DNA of 64,000 nucleotides from Candidatus Roizmanbacteria bacterium (GCA_024654535.1 JANLHL010000038.1:105581-169580); one strand, 5' to 3'; counted from the first letter of the stretch, positions 1 through 10,892 are shown. Notes: a model not told the origin generated them from the letters alone. Program-made: numbers and translations.

Positions 1-568
1 ATATGCCTGATAATAGTGCAAACCGAAAACGTTGTGTTTTGCCATAGCGTATCGTCATGTACATGTGTATAACAAGAGCAAGGAGTTGTGGAAGATCTAG
101 CATTGTAAACTTTATCTGTGCTACTGCAAGTGGACTCGTGCAGAATAGCAGGCATACAAGGGCTGATTGTCTTTTATTTTGTGTAATCTCAAACGCGAGT
201 AAATAGACAAGAAATGTCGCTGTAATAAATAACGGTAACGTGAATACATATGCGTTGTTTGTGAGAACAATAGAAAGACCATACATATATTTTGCCAATG
301 GTGGAGCTTCAGGATTAATTGTAAAAAGCTTGCCGGTGGTAACTGCAATATAACCTGCGAGCTGGTATAGTTTTTCGTCTCCTATTGAACGAATATTTAT
401 TGGCATTGCCCATTGTGAATGATCATACAAATCTTGGGCATATATATTATCGTAGGGTATTTGATATATATTTCGAAATGCATAAATCGCACTACCTATG
501 AATAGTAAACATAAAAATATCCATGCATATTTTTTTAAAATTGAAGACCACCGTATGAAGTTATTCAT
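1..568 (-). CDS. GT-C-type polytopic membrane glycosyltransferase (PMT_2/ArnT-like), 5' part only; gene continues past the left edge
   Basis: Absent from the ORF track because no stop lies in-window. Hand translation of the minus strand from ATG (complement of 566-568) down to position 2 shows no stop: MNNFIRWSSILKKYAWIFLCLLFIGS...SIGDEKLYQLAGYIAVTTGKLFTINPEAPPLAKYMYGL... It has an N-terminal TM helix, an acidic first-loop motif and a PPLAKY motif as in PMT/ArnT proteins. ATGA overlap with the upstream gene at 565-568. Confidence 0.6.
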   Translation of the reverse strand, partial: MNNFIRWSSILKKYAWIFLCLLFIGSAIYAFRNIYQIPYDNIYAQDLYDHSQWAMPINIRSIGDEKLYQLAGYIAVTTGKLFTINPEAPPLAKYMYGLSIVLTNNAYVFTLPLFITATFLVYLLAFEITQNKRQSALVCLLFCTSPLAVAQIKFTMLDLPQLLALVIHMYMTIRYGKTQRFRFALLSGI

Positions 569-1941
569 TGTCTCTTGAGAATTTCCTTCGGTATAGTTAT
601 ACCATATATACCAACTGCGAAGTCGTTTGGTTTTATTGGTATGTGAACGCCTATCATGGGTACCGTTGGATCTTCAGAAACAGGATATCTATATAGTTTG
701 AGTAAATAACGGAAGCCTGTATCCGTATTTGGTGGCCCATCGAACGATACAGAATAGGGAGTATTCTTTACGAGCACACCAATATTTCGAATCACCCTAT
801 CTTTTTGTTGCATTCCATTTCTGTTTGACTGAAAAAGAGGAATTATTTGAGGAACATTTATTAACACAAATAAACAAAGTAGTGCAATGATGAAACCCTT
901 TTGTATATATGTTTGTAAAAAATAAGAAAGTAATATGTAAACAAAAGGGAACAGAATTAGAAAGTAATATTCTGATGGTCGCCTACCGTAAGCAGCAAAC
1001 ACAAAAGGGAGTGTTATCCAAAGTATTTCTGTTGCCAGAAAAAAACTTTTTTTAAATTTATCTTCCTCTTTTCTAATTGTATATACGGCGATGATGTGTA
1101 TCAATCCATAGAATAGCCATGCAAGTAGACCATTGCGGATGTAAGTGAATGGTTGAACTGCATTGGTGAATACAATTTGCCATACAAATAAGTCTTTTGG
1201 ATCGCCAGATCCTTTCAAAAAATAGTTAATGAATAATGTACTATTAAGAAAATTGTGACGTAAATCAAAAGCGGCAAGAGGAATGAGTAAGAGAAGTATT
1301 GTGAGGACAGAAGCTATTGAGTAGAAATACCATTTTTTTGGTTTTATTATTAGGATGAAAACAGCTGTAAATAAATAGGCAAAAATAAACTGGAAATGCA
1401 TATGTATAAAAAATCCCAAAACCAACCCTAAAATAACCCAGTTTTTAAGAGTGTTTTTCTTGTAAATACACCACAAACTCCACCATGTCAAGAGTGCTCC
1501 TAAAGGTAACATAATGGGCCACCACGGTATAACGTCGTAACTAGCATGGTATGCACTGAAAGTCCACAACGTAAGAAATAACATTGCTGTTTTCCATCCA
1601 AACATTTTGGTTATTAATCTGTACGATAGGCCGAAAAACAAAATATTTATGAATGCGACAAACAATACCAACGCAATAGGGTGAAGTCGAGTGAAAGCAA
1701 AAAAAGGAATGAGTATATACGTGAAATACGGTGCGAGAAAAAATCCTCTGACGTCGGTAACACGAGGGCCCAACAGTGTAAATTTGCCGTTTCGAAGTAT
1801 ATCCATAACCTGACTTGAGAACTGTTCCTGATCCCAATCGAAGATTATTCTGGCATTTATGTTATAGAGGCGGATATATAGAAAAATGGCAAGAAGCACT
1901 AAAAATACAACAGTTTTTTTGTATCTTAAAAATGTTTTCAT
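565..1941 (-). CDS. GT-C-type polytopic membrane glycosyltransferase (ArnT/COG1807-like)
   Basis: 458-aa ORF made almost entirely of hydrophobic helices. First-loop motif IFDWDQEQF...LLGPRVTDVRGFFLAPYFTY is paralogous to 1938-3428 and 16241-17731. ATGA coupling on both sides. Confidence 0.7.
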   Translation of the reverse strand: MKTFLRYKKTVVFLVLLAIFLYIRLYNINARIIFDWDQEQFSSQVMDILRNGKFTLLGPRVTDVRGFFLAPYFTYILIPFFAFTRLHPIALVLFVAFINILFFGLSYRLITKMFGWKTAMLFLTLWTFSAYHASYDVIPWWPIMLPLGALLTWWSLWCIYKKNTLKNWVILGLVLGFFIHMHFQFIFAYLFTAVFILIIKPKKWYFYSIASVLTILLLLIPLAAFDLRHNFLNSTLFINYFLKGSGDPKDLFVWQIVFTNAVQPFTYIRNGLLAWLFYGLIHIIAVYTIRKEEDKFKKSFFLATEILWITLPFVFAAYGRRPSEYYFLILFPFVYILLSYFLQTYIQKGFIIALLCLFVLINVPQIIPLFQSNRNGMQQKDRVIRNIGVLVKNTPYSVSFDGPPNTDTGFRYLLKLYRYPVSEDPTVPMIGVHIPIKPNDFAVGIYGITIPKEILKRQ

Positions 1942-3428
1942 CTGAAAATTAGTGATTGTATAAGGTTAGGATCAGAATTTTGTGATTGTTCTTTTTGCGT
2001 TAGTACATATTTTTCAACCCGAAAACCGTTTTTATATGTAAAAACTTTTGTCGGTTTTTTGTTTATTTTTACTTGATTATTTTTCCACCATACACCGTCT
2101 AAAAAGAGTCTATCACTTGGTGGTGGCGCTATAACAAGGTACGTAATACGTTTTTTTTCAAAGGCAAATGCCCGTTTATTTGGAAATAGTTTATTTTCGT
2201 ACATAATAGCATAGCGGGGTGAGTAACCAAATAAATCGGGTGTAAAGACATAGTAACCGAACTCATTTGGTGCATCTTTAAATAATGATTGTGCGACTTT
2301 TTCTTGAAAAATCCATGAACTTGCATCCGTTTGCATCTTGGCTCCCTGGAGTAGTCGAAACTGGATAAAGCACGTACCTATTCCAAGAATACTATAGAAA
2401 AGTATTCTTTGGAATTTTGGAACATATCTGAGAAGTTCAACAACCACCACGATGAGTACTGGAAAAAATGGCCAAAAATAGTATTGCCAAATAGTGCCTT
2501 TATAGAAAAGTGTTATAAGCCAATAGCCAACAAAGAAGTACGAGAACAAAAGAAATATATTTTTCCCACGAGTTATTTTTTTGTTTCGCAAAAGAAGATA
2601 ACTGGCAAGTACTGTAATAAAGTTTGCCCACCAGTATGGGAATAGTTGCAGGCTTTCAAGAATATTTTTTGTACGATCGAGAGGGAATGTGTACCAAGGT
2701 ATAAGCTGACCATCATGAGGCGCGCGTATATAATTAAGCACTGAGTGTGTTTGTAAAAAACTGTGACGAATCTCAAATACAATGTAGGTACTTAATGGTA
2801 TAAGAAGTATAAAGAAAAAAAATATATGCATATATTTTTTAGAACGTAATATATGTCTGAGCACAATTAGAAGAGTTAAAATGAGAATGGGTGCGCCGAA
2901 TGCTATTTGAAACTGAATTATCATTCCGAGTAGGAAAAGCGCAATACATAAAAGAACTCCTCGAGATGTTTGTAAATATTTATAAATGAAATAAAAAAAT
3001 GGGCCAAATAACAAAACAGCACCAAACGGATTAAATAAATTACGGGTATAGGTAATTGCATAGAGACTATAAAGCGAAACAGCCCACAATGCAGTTACTT
3101 TGCCAAAGAGCAAATATCCTACTTGCCACACAACATACATAGAAATTAAAACCAATAGTAGCCAAAATGTGCCGACTACCCAAGGATTCCCTCCTCCAAG
3201 TACAAATGCAGGAATATTCAAATATAGCCATGCTGGGCCGTGGAAAACACCAGAGATCCCGCCAGACCGTGGACCTATAAGTGCCAAATGGTGATTGGTA
3301 ACAATATCGTCAAATAATAGGAAATCTCGTGCAATATCTGTGTGAAAAAAAATCCCACCGGTATAGAATGAGTAAATATTTGTTACAATCCCTATCGCTA
3401 AAAAAAAGAGTGGGAGGTAGATACTCAT
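1938..3428 (-). CDS. GT-C-type polytopic membrane glycosyltransferase (ArnT/COG1807-like) with C-terminal soluble domain
   Basis: 496-aa ORF. Loop motif FFHTDIARDF...LIGPRSGGISGVFHGPAWLY matches the paralogs. Many TM helices, then a hydrophilic tail of about 130 aa. Confidence 0.7.
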   Translation of the reverse strand: MSIYLPLFFLAIGIVTNIYSFYTGGIFFHTDIARDFLLFDDIVTNHHLALIGPRSGGISGVFHGPAWLYLNIPAFVLGGGNPWVVGTFWLLLVLISMYVVWQVGYLLFGKVTALWAVSLYSLYAITYTRNLFNPFGAVLLFGPFFYFIYKYLQTSRGVLLCIALFLLGMIIQFQIAFGAPILILTLLIVLRHILRSKKYMHIFFFFILLIPLSTYIVFEIRHSFLQTHSVLNYIRAPHDGQLIPWYTFPLDRTKNILESLQLFPYWWANFITVLASYLLLRNKKITRGKNIFLLFSYFFVGYWLITLFYKGTIWQYYFWPFFPVLIVVVVELLRYVPKFQRILFYSILGIGTCFIQFRLLQGAKMQTDASSWIFQEKVAQSLFKDAPNEFGYYVFTPDLFGYSPRYAIMYENKLFPNKRAFAFEKKRITYLVIAPPPSDRLFLDGVWWKNNQVKINKKPTKVFTYKNGFRVEKYVLTQKEQSQNSDPNLIQSLIFR

Positions 3429-3481
3429 CTATTTATGATATCACATACCTAAGTATCTACCCAACATGTATACTTATACGT

Positions 3482-4930
3482 ATGAAGCTTGCGCAGTTTT
3501 TTAAACGTTATAACCAGCTACTCATTCCTCTAAGTCTCTGCATTGGCGCTTCATTTATTTTTCTCTTTCGTCTGGGAATGCCAACTTTGCAGGCATGGGA
3601 TGAAGCGTGGTATGGTACTGTAGCTCAGACAATTATTAAGAGCCATAATTGGGTTTTTCTAAAATGGGGAGGCGAGCCATTTATGGATCACCCACCTATG
3701 GGGATGTGGCTTATGGCGCTTTCATATATAGTATTTGGGGTGACTGAGTTTTCAACACGTTTACCTTCAGCTTTAGCAGGAATATTTACGATACTTTTTG
3801 TCTACCTGACTGGAGTACATTTATATAAAAAACGGAGCATAGGTGTCGCAGCTGCCGTTATTGTGGCCACTAGTGTTTGGTATGTTCTGAGAGTGCGGTC
3901 TGGGAATTTGGATGCATTATTGGCATTTTTTTTTGTAGCAACTTTTTATAGTTCGATTCGCTCAAAAGACGAAAGTATATGGTTTCCTATAAGTATGTTA
4001 TTTTTTGGGTGCTTAATGATGACTAAGGCACTTGTAGGAATATCGATGATACCCGTGGTAGTGTTTTTAAATTGGCGGCATATCTTTTTTAGAAAAAGTT
4101 GGATATATATTGTCATTGGATTATTAGTTTTTGCTTCTGTAGTAGTTCCATGGTACCATGCACAATTTTCGCATTACTCAAATTTTTTCGACTATCACTT
4201 CAAAAATATCGGGTTAAGGAATCAGAATATTTGGTCATATTTTAATATTCAACCGAAACAACCCCTCTACTATTTACACATGGGCGTTCGAAAGTGGTAC
4301 TATCTGTGGGTTGTTGCTCTTGTATACTCATCGCTTAGTTTACGATGGAAATCGGCAAAAACAGCAAGCGTTTTCTTATGGTTCGGTTGTATGTTATTTC
4401 CATTCTTCGGATCTGAAAGAACTGAGTTGTGGCATTTGATTCCGGTGTATTTACCGCTATCTTTAATCACTTCGTCAGGTTTATATTATATGGGTAATGA
4501 TATCCGTCGTTTTATTGTTTCGGTGAAAAATCGTGGTATACGTCCTGTCATTATTTTCCTATCACAAAAGAACGTCAATATTCTATACGTGAGTATATTT
4601 TTGTTTATCGGTTTATTTCAATTATACAAATTCTATCCCGAAGTATATCCTCAATATCCATATATTTCGGACATAGTTGATGTAGGTAAGAATGCAAAGA
4701 TATATGCCCGTGGGAAGTTATATTTAAATGAATCGTTCTTACCAGTCATTGCATTTTATTCAGGTAGAGATACCTATAGCGCTGGAGATATAATAGATTT
4801 TTGGAAGTCAAATGAAAGCGCAGACACTTCGACTATAGTGGGCAAGTGGGGAATTGATAGATTAAAAAACGAAAATATACACTTCAAAACTTTATATCAT
4901 AATAGCTCATACTTTATTATTATGCATTGA
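3482..4930 (+). CDS. PMT_2/ArnT-family (GT39/GT83-like) membrane glycosyltransferase
   Basis: The track ORF starts at 3329, but the ATG at 3482 (MKLAQFFKRY...) precedes the first TM helix and avoids overlap with the divergent gene. LQAWDEAWYG and FMDHPPMGMW are the canonical first-loop signatures of the family. Confidence 0.75.
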   Translation: MKLAQFFKRYNQLLIPLSLCIGASFIFLFRLGMPTLQAWDEAWYGTVAQTIIKSHNWVFLKWGGEPFMDHPPMGMWLMALSYIVFGVTEFSTRLPSALAGIFTILFVYLTGVHLYKKRSIGVAAAVIVATSVWYVLRVRSGNLDALLAFFFVATFYSSIRSKDESIWFPISMLFFGCLMMTKALVGISMIPVVVFLNWRHIFFRKSWIYIVIGLLVFASVVVPWYHAQFSHYSNFFDYHFKNIGLRNQNIWSYFNIQPKQPLYYLHMGVRKWYYLWVVALVYSSLSLRWKSAKTASVFLWFGCMLFPFFGSERTELWHLIPVYLPLSLITSSGLYYMGNDIRRFIVSVKNRGIRPVIIFLSQKNVNILYVSIFLFIGLFQLYKFYPEVYPQYPYISDIVDVGKNAKIYARGKLYLNESFLPVIAFYSGRDTYSAGDIIDFWKSNESADTSTIVGKWGIDRLKNENIHFKTLYHNSSYFIIMH

Positions 4931-6015
4931 TGTACATATTATATTTTATACTAGTAGGAGCTCTGAGTGTCTATTCCTATGTGCTTGTTGACCCAAATTT
5001 CACATTGTTTAACCATCCATTTTGGGAAATGTTTAGAAATAGTGTCGTATTACTCGGTTATTACAATAGGCTGAATTCTTGGTATATCTATTTCTCGATC
5101 GTAGTTTTATTATTCATAGCTCAGTACTTTTTTATGCGCTCATGGAAAAAACATAACCCTTTACGCATAAGCATTATAGTGGCATTAATACTGTTGGTCG
5201 CATACCCACTATTATCTCATGATTTTTTCAATTATTTATTTGACGCAAAAATTGTAACGTATTACCAGGGAAATCCATACATCTTGCGAGCGCTTGATTT
5301 TCCTACAGACCCTTGGGTGCGTTTTATGCACTGGACGCATAGAACATACCCATATGGTCCTAGTTTTCTTATCGTCTCACTTATTCCATCTTTTCTTGCC
5401 GGTGGCAAGTTAGTTCTTAACTATATTTTTTTTAAATTGATGTTTGCGTCTTGCTATGTAGGTTCAGTATGGGCACTCTCAAAAATAAATAAAAAATATG
5501 CGCTTTTTTTTGCAACATCACCATTAGTATTGATTGAAGGATTAGTAAATACGCACAACGATATGGTAGCACTTTTTTTTGCATTTATTGGTATTTCCTT
5601 ACTATGGAATAGCAAAAAATATAGTGCGCGCATACTGTTTACGCTATCCTTTCTTACAAAATACATTTCACTCCCCATACTTTTTGTGACCCGTAAAAAA
5701 AGTATTTGGACGTTTGCCTCATTCATTGTACTTCACCTCTTACTTATCTATTTGGGCATACAACAGGAAATACAAGCATGGTACTTTCTCAACTTACTTA
5801 TCTTTATTCCGTGGTATTTCAAATATATACAGTCGTTGACTATTCTGTATATCGGTTTATTGTTATCATACTATCCTTACATAAGGCTGGACTCATGGAA
5901 TGGGCCAAGCGTGTATATAAAGCATGTAATTGTCCTTGTCGCCCTTGGTACAACAATATTGTATTTGTTTTATGACAATCGTAAATATCTCAGCGCTTCG
6001 TTTTTCAAAAGATGA
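4930..6015 (+). CDS. polytopic membrane protein, GT87/PimE-like (DUF2029-like) glycosyltransferase candidate
   Basis: About 361 aa and polytopic. TGATG overlap with the upstream gene (the track start at 4927 is TTG; ATG is at 4930). Loop motif SHDFFNYLFDAKIVTYYQGNPY resembles the Asp-containing first loop of polyprenol-P-mannose-dependent transferases. Family assignment is tentative. Confidence 0.5.
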   Translation: MYILYFILVGALSVYSYVLVDPNFTLFNHPFWEMFRNSVVLLGYYNRLNSWYIYFSIVVLLFIAQYFFMRSWKKHNPLRISIIVALILLVAYPLLSHDFFNYLFDAKIVTYYQGNPYILRALDFPTDPWVRFMHWTHRTYPYGPSFLIVSLIPSFLAGGKLVLNYIFFKLMFASCYVGSVWALSKINKKYALFFATSPLVLIEGLVNTHNDMVALFFAFIGISLLWNSKKYSARILFTLSFLTKYISLPILFVTRKKSIWTFASFIVLHLLLIYLGIQQEIQAWYFLNLLIFIPWYFKYIQSLTILYIGLLLSYYPYIRLDSWNGPSVYIKHVIVLVALGTTILYLFYDNRKYLSASFFKR

Positions 6016-6803
6016 ACTTTTGTTCTGAGAGGTGCATAACGTAAACCAAAAAGTAATCTACTTCTGTTCATAAATTTTTCTTGTATACGTGAGCCAGAAC
6101 CACCACTTGATTGTGCGTTTTTATGCCAGATAATGATTGAAGGATCGTAGATAAGCGGAATATTTTTTTGTTTTGCTCGTATACAATAATCAGCGTCTTC
6201 GAAATACATAATATATTTTGTATCCCAAGTGCCAAGAATGGATGCGGTTTGTTTTGTATAACACATGAGACAGCCGGTAATAAAACCTGTGTTTTCTTTA
6301 GTACTAAATTGGTCCACGTCCACACAATCTACTCCACGATGTATCGCCAAAACATTGTTCCAATCTATGTATCCGCCTGCATACCAGAATACATGACCAA
6401 GATCTTTCGGTTCGTACCGTGTTTCGTGATATTCATACCCAGGTGCATAGTAAATTTTGCCACCGACAAGTGATTTTTGGTTTTTTGCAAGGCTTTGAAT
6501 TACATTTCCAACAAAATGTGTATCGAAAATAATATCACTATTCACAACTGCAAAGTAATCATGCTTTTTTTTTGCTGCTGAATACGCAGTTTTTATACCA
6601 TTGGCATATCCTTTATTATCTCCTTGTATACGTTCGGCATACGGAGGTAAGTCGATCGGTTCTTTCTCAGGAGAACCATCAAATATGTATACATGGAAAT
6701 CCTTCGACGTTTGTTTAGATAAGCTATCGAAAAAGTCTTTTAGGGTGGTATAATTCTGATATACAACAGTAAGAATAGCCAGAGTATGCGACATATACAA
6801 CAT
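5970..6803 (-). CDS. soluble family-2 glycosyltransferase (rhamnosyltransferase/WbbL-like)
   Basis: 277 aa with no TM helices. Motifs LAILTVVYQNY, FAVVNSDIIF, FITGCLMC and FEDADYC are typical of COG1216-type GT2 enzymes. The start may be Met4 (6794). Confidence 0.75.
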   Translation of the reverse strand: MLYMSHTLAILTVVYQNYTTLKDFFDSLSKQTSKDFHVYIFDGSPEKEPIDLPPYAERIQGDNKGYANGIKTAYSAAKKKHDYFAVVNSDIIFDTHFVGNVIQSLAKNQKSLVGGKIYYAPGYEYHETRYEPKDLGHVFWYAGGYIDWNNVLAIHRGVDCVDVDQFSTKENTGFITGCLMCYTKQTASILGTWDTKYIMYFEDADYCIRAKQKNIPLIYDPSIIIWHKNAQSSGGSGSRIQEKFMNRSRLLFGLRYAPLRTKVHLLKNEALRYLRLS

Positions 6804-8450
6804 TATAGCAATTTGATTACAAAAGCAATACGAGCAAACTGGCTCCTTATAGTGATTTTTGCTTTATTTATCACTAATACACTCTATGTCAGTTATCCTG
6901 ATGAATTTGTCAATATATTTGGCGGTGTCTTTATTAATCAAGGAAAAATACCGTATAGTCAATTTTTTGACCATCATCTACCACTTGCGTGGTACTTGGC
7001 TGCATTGATGCTTCGTATTTCAATGGGCTCGTTTGTGTTATTCAGGGTATGGTGGGGGATATTGTTGTTTGTAGTTTTGTTTGTGTTGTCGCGCATTATA
7101 CGACGAGAAAATTCATCAATGTATCCATATTACATGGCATTCTTTTTCTTGTATCCATGTATAGCGGTCTATTTTTGGCTCCATTTATATTTGGCTGATA
7201 GTTTAGCCGCGCTGTGGTTTTCGGTCGTTTTTTGGCTTCTTATATCTCAGACGTACAAGCCCTTTATTAATAATAAAATAATTATCATCTCATCCATTGC
7301 GACATCACTCTTAGTGTTTTCTTCGCTTACCTATGTGTATGTGGCCTTGGTGCTCTATGCGTGGCAGATATATTTGCTGAACAGAAATAAAGTACAAGTG
7401 CTCGAAACTTTACGTTTCTCATTGATAAGTAGTGTGCCCTATGTTTTGTTTTTATTATTTTTGGTAGTAACTGGATCGTGGAAAGATTTCTATATTTCAA
7501 ATGTTGTCTATAATACAGAGCACTATATAAGTATCCCTAATTACACACGAGGAAGATTTTTTAACCCGATTAAATTTGCTCTCACTCTTTTGTACAATTT
7601 TCATCAGCACTACATACCGCTTCTTACCCAGATCAAAGATTTCGATTTGTATACACCAATCGCAACAACGGTAGGGTGGGGAAGTTTTTTGTTACTTGCA
7701 GTTCTTGCAACTGAACATCCAGCTGCTGCCGTTTTATTTTTTTTAGTGCTTTCATTTTCCTCTCCACGTTCAGAAATACGCCAACTAGATGAAACTAATT
7801 ATCAAGCAGGTTTGTTTATTATCTTAGGTTTTTCAGCGAGTTTTATAGCACTGTGGAGAGTGAACGCTCTGAAACTAGTACATGCTGCGAAAGATGCGTT
7901 TCGGGTAGCGCAGATTATCTTGGTATTCTTCCTCCTATTTTCCGCTCTTTTTTTAGTAAAGAATACCTACGAAAAATGGTATCTGCGATATACACAAAAA
8001 ATGCCAGGAATATATGATCTATCCTATACAGCAGATTTTCTTGCAAAAGTGCTTCCCCAAAATGATTATTATTGGGTTGGACCTTATGAACCAAATGAAG
8101 AATTTTTTGTTAAAAACGGGCGGCTCCCTGGCAAATATATCACACTTCTACCACAATTTAGAGAGAGTGAATATTTCACTCGTACTTTTATAGAGCAATT
8201 CAAAACACATCCACCTACGATTGTTATTTTTAAGCACATGGCCTCTATATTTGGTACTCCGTCAGAGCAATTTGGTGCATTTTTTCTACAGTGGCTCGAT
8301 AAACGCTACGTGCGACTTAATGATTTATCCATAGTTGGCATAAACAGCCCCTCAACTTTCGATATAAATAGTGATCTATATATTCGTAAAGATAAATCGA
8401 AAGAAGTCCTTTTGTTATTAAAGGAAAACGGGTATAGTAAACAGAAATGA
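6786..8450 (+). CDS. GT-C-like polytopic membrane protein with C-terminal soluble domain
   Basis: 554 aa. First-loop motif YPDEFVNIFGG...FFDHHLPLAWYL, about 11 hydrophobic helices, then a hydrophilic C-terminal domain of about 170 aa. Overlaps the downstream GT2 start (ATGATG). Confidence 0.6.
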   Translation: MRHIQHYSNLITKAIRANWLLIVIFALFITNTLYVSYPDEFVNIFGGVFINQGKIPYSQFFDHHLPLAWYLAALMLRISMGSFVLFRVWWGILLFVVLFVLSRIIRRENSSMYPYYMAFFFLYPCIAVYFWLHLYLADSLAALWFSVVFWLLISQTYKPFINNKIIIISSIATSLLVFSSLTYVYVALVLYAWQIYLLNRNKVQVLETLRFSLISSVPYVLFLLFLVVTGSWKDFYISNVVYNTEHYISIPNYTRGRFFNPIKFALTLLYNFHQHYIPLLTQIKDFDLYTPIATTVGWGSFLLLAVLATEHPAAAVLFFLVLSFSSPRSEIRQLDETNYQAGLFIILGFSASFIALWRVNALKLVHAAKDAFRVAQIILVFFLLFSALFLVKNTYEKWYLRYTQKMPGIYDLSYTADFLAKVLPQNDYYWVGPYEPNEEFFVKNGRLPGKYITLLPQFRESEYFTRTFIEQFKTHPPTIVIFKHMASIFGTPSEQFGAFFLQWLDKRYVRLNDLSIVGINSPSTFDINSDLYIRKDKSKEVLLLLKENGYSKQK

Positions 8451-9385
8451 TGTACAGCATAATATTACCGGTATATAACGAATCTGAAAACATACATGCA
8501 TTGTACGATCGCTTGAGTACTGTCATGAAAAATATGGGAAAACCATATGAGGTTCTATTTGTTAATGACGGATCTATAGACGAGACACAACAGATGCTAA
8601 CTCGTATACACGAAAATGATCGATGTATAAAAGTAATCAATTTTTCACGAAATTTTGGCCATCAAATGGCTGTTACCGCTGGTCTTTCCTACTGTAACGG
8701 AGAATATATTGCGGTCATAGATGCAGATTTACAGGATCCTCCCGAAATTCTCCCACGTTTTTTTGCAAAGCTTGAGGAAGGTAACGACGTTGTGTATGCT
8801 GTTCGAACCCATAGGAAAGAGGGAATGATAAAAAGACTATCGTACTTTTTGTTCTACCGTATTTTACGTAAGGTAGCAAATATTTCTATTCCACTCGATA
8901 GTGGTGACTTTTGTGTAATGAGAAGACGTGTAGTTGAGGCTATAAATACGATGCCAGAGCGCAATCGTTTTATTCGAGGGCTTCGTAGTTATGTTGGATT
9001 TACTCAGATAGGTCTTGAATACGAACGAGATGCTCGTATAGCTGGAGAAAGCAAGTATACGTTTAGAAAACTTATGCGTCTTGCGTTTGATGGGATCGTA
9101 TCCTTTTCATATGTTCCATTGCAGATACTAACCTTTGTAGGTTTTTCTTTTTTTATCCTTTCCATTATTGGTAGTTTGGCAACAGTGTATTTCAAACTCT
9201 TCACCAGTGTCTACATTCCAAGAGGTTTTCCAACAACGATAATCACAATTTTATTTATTGGTGGAATGAATATGTTGTCGCTGGGGATAATAGGTGAATA
9301 TATTGGTCGTATTTACGATGAAGTTAAACGCAGACATCCATACATAATAGAATCAAGTCTTGGCATAGAAAAGTCGAAAGACTAA
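8447..9385 (+). CDS. polyprenol-monophosphate sugar synthase, GT2 (GtrB/ArnC/DPM1-type)
   Basis: Motifs IILPVYNESENI, FVNDGSIDET, DADLQDPPE and RFIRGL, two C-terminal TM helices, and GEYIGRIY. This is the full signature of bactoprenol-P glycosyltransferases. Confidence 0.85.
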   Translation: MMYSIILPVYNESENIHALYDRLSTVMKNMGKPYEVLFVNDGSIDETQQMLTRIHENDRCIKVINFSRNFGHQMAVTAGLSYCNGEYIAVIDADLQDPPEILPRFFAKLEEGNDVVYAVRTHRKEGMIKRLSYFLFYRILRKVANISIPLDSGDFCVMRRRVVEAINTMPERNRFIRGLRSYVGFTQIGLEYERDARIAGESKYTFRKLMRLAFDGIVSFSYVPLQILTFVGFSFFILSIIGSLATVYFKLFTSVYIPRGFPTTIITILFIGGMNMLSLGIIGEYIGRIYDEVKRRHPYIIESSLGIEKSKD

Positions 9386-9443
9386 CCTGTAATTCCTCTT
9401 ATTTTTGGTAATAGCGCTTCAAACGTTGAGAGACGTTCAATTG

Positions 9444-10892
9444 TTACGCTTCTTTTGTTCGAAGAATGGTTATTATATCCTTAATAAATTCTCCCTTTGT
9501 CATGGAAAGTATCACGAAAATGTATGTTCCTGCACCGAGTGCGAAGGTAGCGACAAGCTTGAGGGTAGGGCTAAATTGTACAGTGGACAGTGCCCACAAC
9601 ATAAGCACCATGTAGAATGTTGCTATCAGAGGATGGTATACAGCGCGTAAAAAACGAAAATGAACATATTTATTTAGCTCATAAAGCACGAGTATAAATG
9701 ACAATGAATTAATAGCGAAGGCAATAGAAACACCAGTAAATCCATAGGTTGTAACTAACAGTGGTACTGTAAACCAGTTGAGAAATATCCAAAGAAGCAT
9801 GAATCCAACAGAAGTTTTTACTTTTCCTATTGCATTGAATACATTAATACACGGGGTGATAAAGCTTACAAAGAGAGAAGATAAGAGAAAAAAAGAGAAA
9901 GAGGATATGGCTATTTCCCATTTTTGATAACCAGGGAATGCCTGTACAAAAATTGGCATCGCAAAAAATGATCCGGCAAAAACAGGCATAAGTATAAGGG
10001 AATTATAAAATATATTTTTTTCAATCATACCAGCTACTTTGTCTTTTTGATCTTGGAACATAGATAAGATGGGAAAAAGTACACGATTGGTATTATCTAA
10101 GATAATTCGAAGCGGTGCTTCGGCCCATTTTTTTCCCCATGCCATATAGCCAAAGTTTGTCAACCCTAAGCGTGCTGCAAGATATAAATTTAAAAGATCA
10201 TCTTTGATAAATGCGAGCATGACATTCGACTGGAATGGGATACCAAATTTTAGGATTGATCTTGCATGTTCTTTACTGAATAGTAATTTTGGTTTCCAGC
10301 GGGTAAAATAGTACATGAAAAAGGTACCGACAAACGATCGTGCTACTAAACCAATAGCAAGTGCATATATTCCAAAATTAGAAAACAAGAAGGCAACACT
10401 GACAACATTAAAGAAAGTGCTTTCAATAGCTTGTGTTAATACAATTTTTGAGTATTCCAGTTTTCTTTCAAGCCGCGTTGAGGGAATGGACTTAAAGGAC
10501 AGTACAAATAATGATATAAGCATTGCTCGATACAATGCTATTCCCTCGCTTGATAAGTGATAGAAGTATATTATCAACGGTGTTAATAGAAAACCAAGTA
10601 ATACGACACTGGTGACGAGTGCAAGTTGAATGGTGAATGCAGTAAAAAACTCTTCTTCTTTTGGATCTTTTTTTTGAACAAGCGATGCTGCCAATCCAAG
10701 ATCGGTAAAATAGCCAAATATAGTCATAATTGACAATACGATAAAATACAACCCATATTCAGCAGGCTTCAAGAAAATAGTGAAGGCTAGATTTGCAGCG
10801 AGTCCTAAAATAGCAGAGTAAGTACTATTGCCTAAAAAATAAATCACACCGAAAAGACCTTTTTGTTTAATGTTTGGTATTTGGCTCTGCAT
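9444..10892 (-). CDS. MOP-superfamily polysaccharide/lipid-linked sugar flippase (Wzx-like)
   Basis: 482 aa with about 12-14 TM helices. The N-terminal segment GNSTYSAILGLAANLAFTIFLKPAEYG and the overall architecture are typical of polysaccharide biosynthesis (Wzx/RfbX) proteins. Confidence 0.7.
   Translation of the reverse strand: MQSQIPNIKQKGLFGVIYFLGNSTYSAILGLAANLAFTIFLKPAEYGLYFIVLSIMTIFGYFTDLGLAASLVQKKDPKEEEFFTAFTIQLALVTSVVLLGFLLTPLIIYFYHLSSEGIALYRAMLISLFVLSFKSIPSTRLERKLEYSKIVLTQAIESTFFNVVSVAFLFSNFGIYALAIGLVARSFVGTFFMYYFTRWKPKLLFSKEHARSILKFGIPFQSNVMLAFIKDDLLNLYLAARLGLTNFGYMAWGKKWAEAPLRIILDNTNRVLFPILSMFQDQKDKVAGMIEKNIFYNSLILMPVFAGSFFAMPIFVQAFPGYQKWEIAISSFSFFLLSSLFVSFITPCINVFNAIGKVKTSVGFMLLWIFLNWFTVPLLVTTYGFTGVSIAFAINSLSFILVLYELNKYVHFRFLRAVYHPLIATFYMVLMLWALSTVQFSPTLKLVATFALGAGTYIFVILSMTKGEFIKDIITILRTKEA

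Noticed and set aside
2812-2822. Homopolymeric A/T tracts (8-10 nt) inside many GT-C genes as possible phase-variation switches
   Set aside because: Such tracts are expected from Lys (AAA) and Phe (TTT) codon runs in AT-rich membrane-protein genes. There is no evidence of length heterogeneity or frameshifted paralogs in this single sequence.
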